Assembly: GCA_951406725.2 (NCBI GenBank)
Contig: OX597824.1
Coordinates: 51,770,001 to 51,834,000, forward strand
Source of the DNA: Octopus vulgaris
Taxonomy: Eukaryota
DNA: 64,000 nt
Reading direction: 5' to 3'
Shown: piece by piece, positions 58,290-64,000 of the stretch
Numbering within the stretch: the stretch's first letter is position 1
Layout: every line of letters begins with the position of its first letter
Position numbers and translations under genes: made by a program
Notes under the pieces: generated by a model
The model's database searches: none
Seen by the model: only the letters and a program-made list of their open reading frames with translations
Told to the model about the DNA's origin: nothing

Positions 58290-59038
58290 CCAATAAGCGA
58301 GGATTTGTCAGAAGGCATGCAGAAAAGCGAAACGACCCACGTAACATGATGATGATAGTGAAGTTTGGGGTTAAGAATCTGATGCTTTGGGGAGACATAA
58401 AAAGTGAAGGTTCAAGAAAATTGGTTAAAAATTGACAGTAATCTGAATAGTGCCAAATACATCCAGTTGCTGAAGGACAATTTGATACCAGACTTGGATG
58501 AAGGTGAGATTTTTGTAGCATGACGGAGCTCCATGTCACAGAGTCTGGTTGATGACGGTGTTACTGTATTGAAAAATTGGCCAGCTCAGAGTCCTGACTT
58601 AAATATCATCGAGCAAATGTGGACAGAGCTAAAAAGAAGAGTTCGTCAGAAGAACCCACGCAATCTTGAAGAATGTGGGAGCTCAGTCACAGAGAATGGT
58701 ATCTCATACATGTGAAAGGATTTGTGCACTTCCCAGATGCATTGAAGCAATTATTGAAGCTAAGGGAAGCCACACAAAATATTAACCATGTACAGTAACT
58801 TCTTAATGTGAGGTGGCCGAAAACGTTTGCACGGCCATTTTTGGTGGTCGTCTCGCATCTTCCCCTCTCATTCAGAACCCATACTACAAATTGTAACAGT
58901 TAGGTATTGAAATGACTCTAACAGGGCCAATACTTCATCTGTAAAAACACAATGCAAAACATTCACTTATAAGTTGGCAATTAATAGAAATTTACAATAG
59001 TTTAAAGTGGTCGAAGACTAGACTTTTGCACGGCGCTG
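58290..59038 (+). mobile_element. 3' half of a Tc1-family (DD34E) transposon with IR/DR-type right end
   Basis: Motifs VKFGVKNLMLWG, LNSAKYIQLL, HDGAPCH and [15 protein letters not shown]. The terminus is cttttgcacggcgctg+TA, with an inner repeat gtttgcacggcc at ~58825. Confidence 0.9.
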
Positions 59039-59915
59039 TATATATGTAATAAACTGAGGACTTTTATATGGATGAGTTAGGTCACGATAATGCCTAATTC
59101 TTTATAAATTCTAACACTGTTTTTATTGCAATTAATCCAAATTCATTTATTGAGAAAATGAATGGTATTAGACGAATACAGAGCACAAAGAGAAATTAGA
59201 TATATCAGAAAAAGTACACAAATAAGGAACCATCTGTGTAAATATTATTCAGTGACTAGCTGAAAACTGCTTTCTTGGAATTTGTTACATGAATACCTTT
59301 AATAAAATGAAACTTTTCAGAGATACCAGCATAATTTGCAAACAATAAAAGAATATCAGAGGAGAAATTGTTGGTGTGACTATCTGATACGTTATGTGCC
59401 TTAGGATATATTCACGTGATCCCTGCTACATCTAGTATAATAAATGACCACGTAGATGATGGACTAAAAGCGAGAGAGTAAAATAAAATAAGCACAGAAA
59501 TATTTGTTGAGTGAGTTAGTACTATTAGATGAATAAAGGATACAAACGAAAATTAATGTGACGTAGAAAAATTACTCAAATTGGGAATCAAATTTATAAA
59601 TAAGCCAGGAACTTGAAAACCACTCAGAGGGCGGTTTTTCCGCTTGTCTGTGGGCACAGGCCTTCGCTTGATTAGTCTAGGTCTGGGTCCCTGTTAAGGG
59701 TTTACGTTGTAAGACTCGAAACACCAAGAAACACTAAGATACAGCACTAACGATGCTTCCTAGCCTTCCACCTGTAGATGTATGTTGTACATGTAATCAG
59801 CTTTTGGTTATCAAAAGCAAATGCGTTTTTGTCTCATGCAAATAGCTACGATCGTCATCAGCTGATTGCCGTGTCTGTAGTCATTATATTTTTCGCCTCT
59901 CAAAATATCTATCTA

Positions 59916-60001
<86 letters not shown>

Positions 60002-60997
60002 CCTTCCTTCCTTCTTTCCCTCTTTTCTAATCATGCTAAATAATATTTAATCTCCAACCACAGGTTTGATAATCTTCAAATATCTAACAACTAATTTCAT
60101 AGCAGAAAAAAAAAACAAAACTAAAAGTTACTTTCGAACTCCAAAAATGTTTTCCGCCATTTTAGTATTTTGGATGAGAACAAAAGAAAACAAGAATGAA
60201 GTTAGAAATACATTTTTAGCTAGCAAGTGAATTTTATTCTGTTGTAGGTTAGCAGACGTTTTAAGGTGTCAGAGGTCAAAATTTCTAGAATTCTGTGTGG
60301 CATTTCAAGACATTGTTTATTTGTATATATTTAGTAATCTTTTACAAAGGTTATAAGTATTATTGTGTATGTCTGCCTGTATATGTTTCGTCTGGGTGTT
60401 CAAGCGTGCGTATGTATATTTAGCTTGTGTTATGGTGCGTTTGCGCGCGCGAGCGCGTGTTACTAAGTTTTACTTTATAAGCTATTTACTGCACGTGTGA
60501 AGGTGTTCATTGTGTTGGTGCGTATGTATGTGTATGTGCATTTCTTTGTGTGTGTCATATCATATATTATCGCTGTCACATCTTTTGCACTGCAGTGTGT
60601 ATGTATGTATGTATGTTTGTATGTATGTATGTATGTATGTATGTATGTATGTATGTATGTATGTATGTATGTATGTATGTATGTATGAATGTATGTATCT
60701 GTGTGTGTAGTGAATATGACTATTCACAATGCAGAGGGCGTAGACATGCCCAGTTGATGAAGTTCGTTTCATAACCATGATGTCCTAGGTTCGATCTCAC
60801 AGCTTGAAAACTTGACCAAATGTCTTTTATCACAGCCAAAGATTAATGCAAGTTTATGACAAACATTAGATGGAAAATGCGAAGAAGCCGGACAAAAGGA
60901 TTGTATCAATTGCGCAAATGATCAGCCATTAATTCTGCTAGAAAATTATTTTATGATTAAAATTGATTACACTATGGGTGTAAGGTGAGTCTCTCTC

Positions 60998-61032
<35 letters not shown>

Positions 61033-61083
61033 ATCTGTGTATAAATGTGTAACTTAGTCGGAATATGTATAAATGTATTATAT

Positions 61084-61162
<79 letters not shown>

Positions 61163-61625
61163 TTATAGCAGTAATCATATATGTGTGTGCGTGTGTGTGT
61201 GTGTGTCAGATAAAAAGATATTTATAAATCAGAGGTGTATCCTCAATCAACATTCCAGCTAAGACCGTTTATCAGACTACGTACAGTATTGGTTTTTGTC
61301 TGATGTGGTGAATATGAATCACATCATTCATATTTCTTCATGAAGCATCCAAGTCATGGATTGTCGAAACGACGATAAAAGCGGTTTGTATATAACACCG
61401 TAAGCTGACGTATTACACACACACACACACATACGGTCGTGAAAACAGTATCATCTATGAAATTCACTTATTGGACATTGGTCGGTTTGGGGCTATACTC
61501 ACCGAAGGTGCTGCGCAGTAGGAATGAACCTGAAGCCATGTGATTGCAAATCAAACTTAACCACATAGCCAAGCCTTCCCTGACCCAAGTGACTTAAAAT
61601 TAACTGATAACTACTTTAGATATAT

Positions 61626-61813
61626 TGGTTTCCAATGTTAGCACAAAGCCTGCAATTTTGGGGAAGGGAATAAGTTGTTTACGTCAATTCCAATACTTCT
61701 TTTATAGACCCTGAAAAGATGAAAGGCAAAGTTGACCTTAGAACGTAAAGTTAAACGAAATGCCGCTAAGCATTTTGCCCGTTGTGCTAACGATTCTGCC
61801 AGCTCACCGCCTT
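61626..61813 (-). mobile_element. SINE family A
   Basis: Family match. Another copy starts at ~63907 and runs off the window. Confidence 0.85.
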
Positions 61814-61893
61814 ATTTACTTCAGATATATTGATTGTAATTTATAATCTCTGCCATCTTTTGGAAGAACTCCCCCACCCAAAGATATTGTATC

Positions 61894-61958
61894 AGGTTCT
61901 ACCGAGATTCGAAATGAGACTGTAAAATTCAAAGAGCTAACCATTGCAACATAAAACT
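61894..61958 (-). pseudogene. tRNA-Gln(TTG)-like pseudogene
   Basis: Minus strand agttttatgttgcaatggttagc..tttgaa..ttcgaatctcggtagaacct aligns with metazoan tRNA-Gln. The anticodon stem is partly deleted. Confidence 0.65.
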
Positions 61959-61991
61959 CTCACATGTGCGTTAAATGTAGTACAATATATA

Positions 61992-62253
61992 ACCTTATAT
62001 AATAAAACAGAGTTTGTGTGTGTCTATGTGTGTGCGTACGTATGTTCCTTATGGATTAGAAAACTGAGTTGCCGATTTTGACGTATGATGTATCAAAAGA
62101 TTCAGTAATTTTTCAGCTACCGAATAAAGTATACTTTTTGCACAACTTTTTGCTACAAGAATAACCTCCAAAGCGAGCTCGGGTCGCACAGTTTTGACGT
62201 TTTTAGCTAAGAGAGGCAACTTAAAATACATGGAATTGTTCAAGTTACCTGTG

Positions 62254-62296
<43 letters not shown>

Positions 62297-63053
62297 GCTG
62301 TGATGAAAAAAGTACTTTTTCTCAGAATATTTTGCACAACAATTTTTAAAGAAATCTAGACATCTTTCTTACTGCTAACCATTCAACTTCAAATTACAAT
62401 TGTTAATTGTTGGAAGTCAAGTACATTGAGATGTATATATATTGTTATTGTATAGAATGGAAGTTCAATACGAAGTTTTGAATTCATTATCTTGTGGTTA
62501 ATAATCCATTACCCTAAATTTGCAGCCATTAAGTCTTTAAACATTATTTTCCTGGGCTTAGTCTTTCGACTGTCGCCATGATGGGGTACTACCTTCAAAA
62601 ATTTAATTTTTCATACTGACCTCAGTACGTATTTCAATCTGGCATTTATTTTATAGACCTCTGCTTGATGAACTACTAACTTTGAAACATGTTGGGACAC
62701 AATACTCAATTTAACAATAAATGTAAACATACACACACACACATCTTAGGTGCCAGGATGACTGTGGTTGAGACGTTTGCTTCCCAACCACATAGTTTCA
62801 CTTCAATCCCTCTGCTTGGTACTTTGGGTTGGTGTTTTCTACAATAGTCCTAGGCCAATCAGAGACTTGTGACTAAATTTGGTAGACGGAAACTGCAGCG
62901 TTGTTCATAAGAAAATGACCGAAGAACATGCTTATAAAGAAGAGTTGTTTGCTTCATACTCCTCGTGCGCCTATTCTACTAATAAGAAAGGAACAAATGA
63001 TGCAATGTTGCTGTAAGTCATAAGACACGGGCAACGCCGGGCTGCAAAGCTAG
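61992..63053 (+). mobile_element. Probable non-autonomous Helitron (ends recognisable; SINEs nested inside)
   Basis: The 3' end is cacgggcaacgccgggctgcaaagCTAG|T. The 5' end ccttatataataaaa is followed by (TG)-rich sequence. The two ends may belong to separate copies. Confidence 0.55.
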
Positions 63054-63098
63054 TATAAGATAACATAATATAATATAATATAAATATGCGTATCTAGG

Positions 63099-63132
<34 letters not shown>

Positions 63133-63708
63133 TGTATATATATACATATATGTATATATATATATATATGTATATGTATATATATGTGTGTGTGTGTGTA
63201 TGTGTTATGCCAATAGACATACACACATCCTTTCACCAGCCATTTAGAAACATTTGTATATTTAAGCGTAAGTACGTATAAACACTTACACATAAGTGTG
63301 CACATACATACACACAAATGCAAACACATACTTCCAAATATATAAATATATACATCCATAGATCTTCCAATTTAGCATGTGCGTGTCGGTATTGAAACCT
63401 TATGTAGTTATATGTAGAAGCAGATGTGCGTGTACAACAGTGTCTTTATAACCTTTTATTTATACTTAACATATATCTGCCCACATAAACATATTTATTA
63501 ACAACAAGGCACCTAGTTTTCTATGATTCCAAATATGGTAAACGTGAATTACCAAAAAAACCTCAACATCTTCGGAGTTGGCAGAAGGAATGGGTACGGA
63601 AAAAGCAGAAATATCGTAAAATCACGACAAAACTCTTTTTCATATAGAGCAGTTATTTTACTTACGTCAAGGAAGTTTGAAAAACAGCTACTAGATGCGA
63701 ACACATGT

Positions 63709-63764
<56 letters not shown>

Positions 63765-64000
63765 GCACGCACGCAAACAGACAAACACATACACACACAC
63801 GTACAAACATACGCGCATACACTCACACACACACACACAAACATGCATGTATACATACGCACTCTCTCTCACACACGAAAGTGAATATATACCTAAACCC
63901 ACATAAACCTTTCTGCCTTAGGCACATGGCCTGGAATTAGGGGCAAGGGGCTAGTCGATTAAATCGACACAGTACACAACTGGTACTTATTTCACAGACT

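Overview
This is AT-rich, microsatellite-dense animal genomic DNA. The SINE families, the simple-repeat load and the LINE types point to an octopus (inference, no database search). Only one host protein-coding gene is supported: a secreted DAN-family BMP antagonist (Gremlin-like), coded in one exon on the minus strand (50677-51309). The rest is a transposon landscape. It holds (AAT)n-embedded R4/Dong retrotransposons of at least three sequence types and a 555-bp non-coding element that also sits in (AAT)n. It also holds Penelope-like remnants, including two long fold-back structures with hammerhead-ribozyme-like cores, one with a G3-C8 swapped core. Other elements are L1/Tx1 and CR1/Jockey LINE relics, a full-length dead mariner, Tc1 relics, a Mutator-like element nested inside a Dong copy, a probable non-autonomous Helitron, a tRNA-Gln pseudogene and dozens of tRNA-derived SINEs. 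Most ORFs in the supplied track are translations of simple repeats. Boundaries of degraded repeats were read by eye and are approximate.
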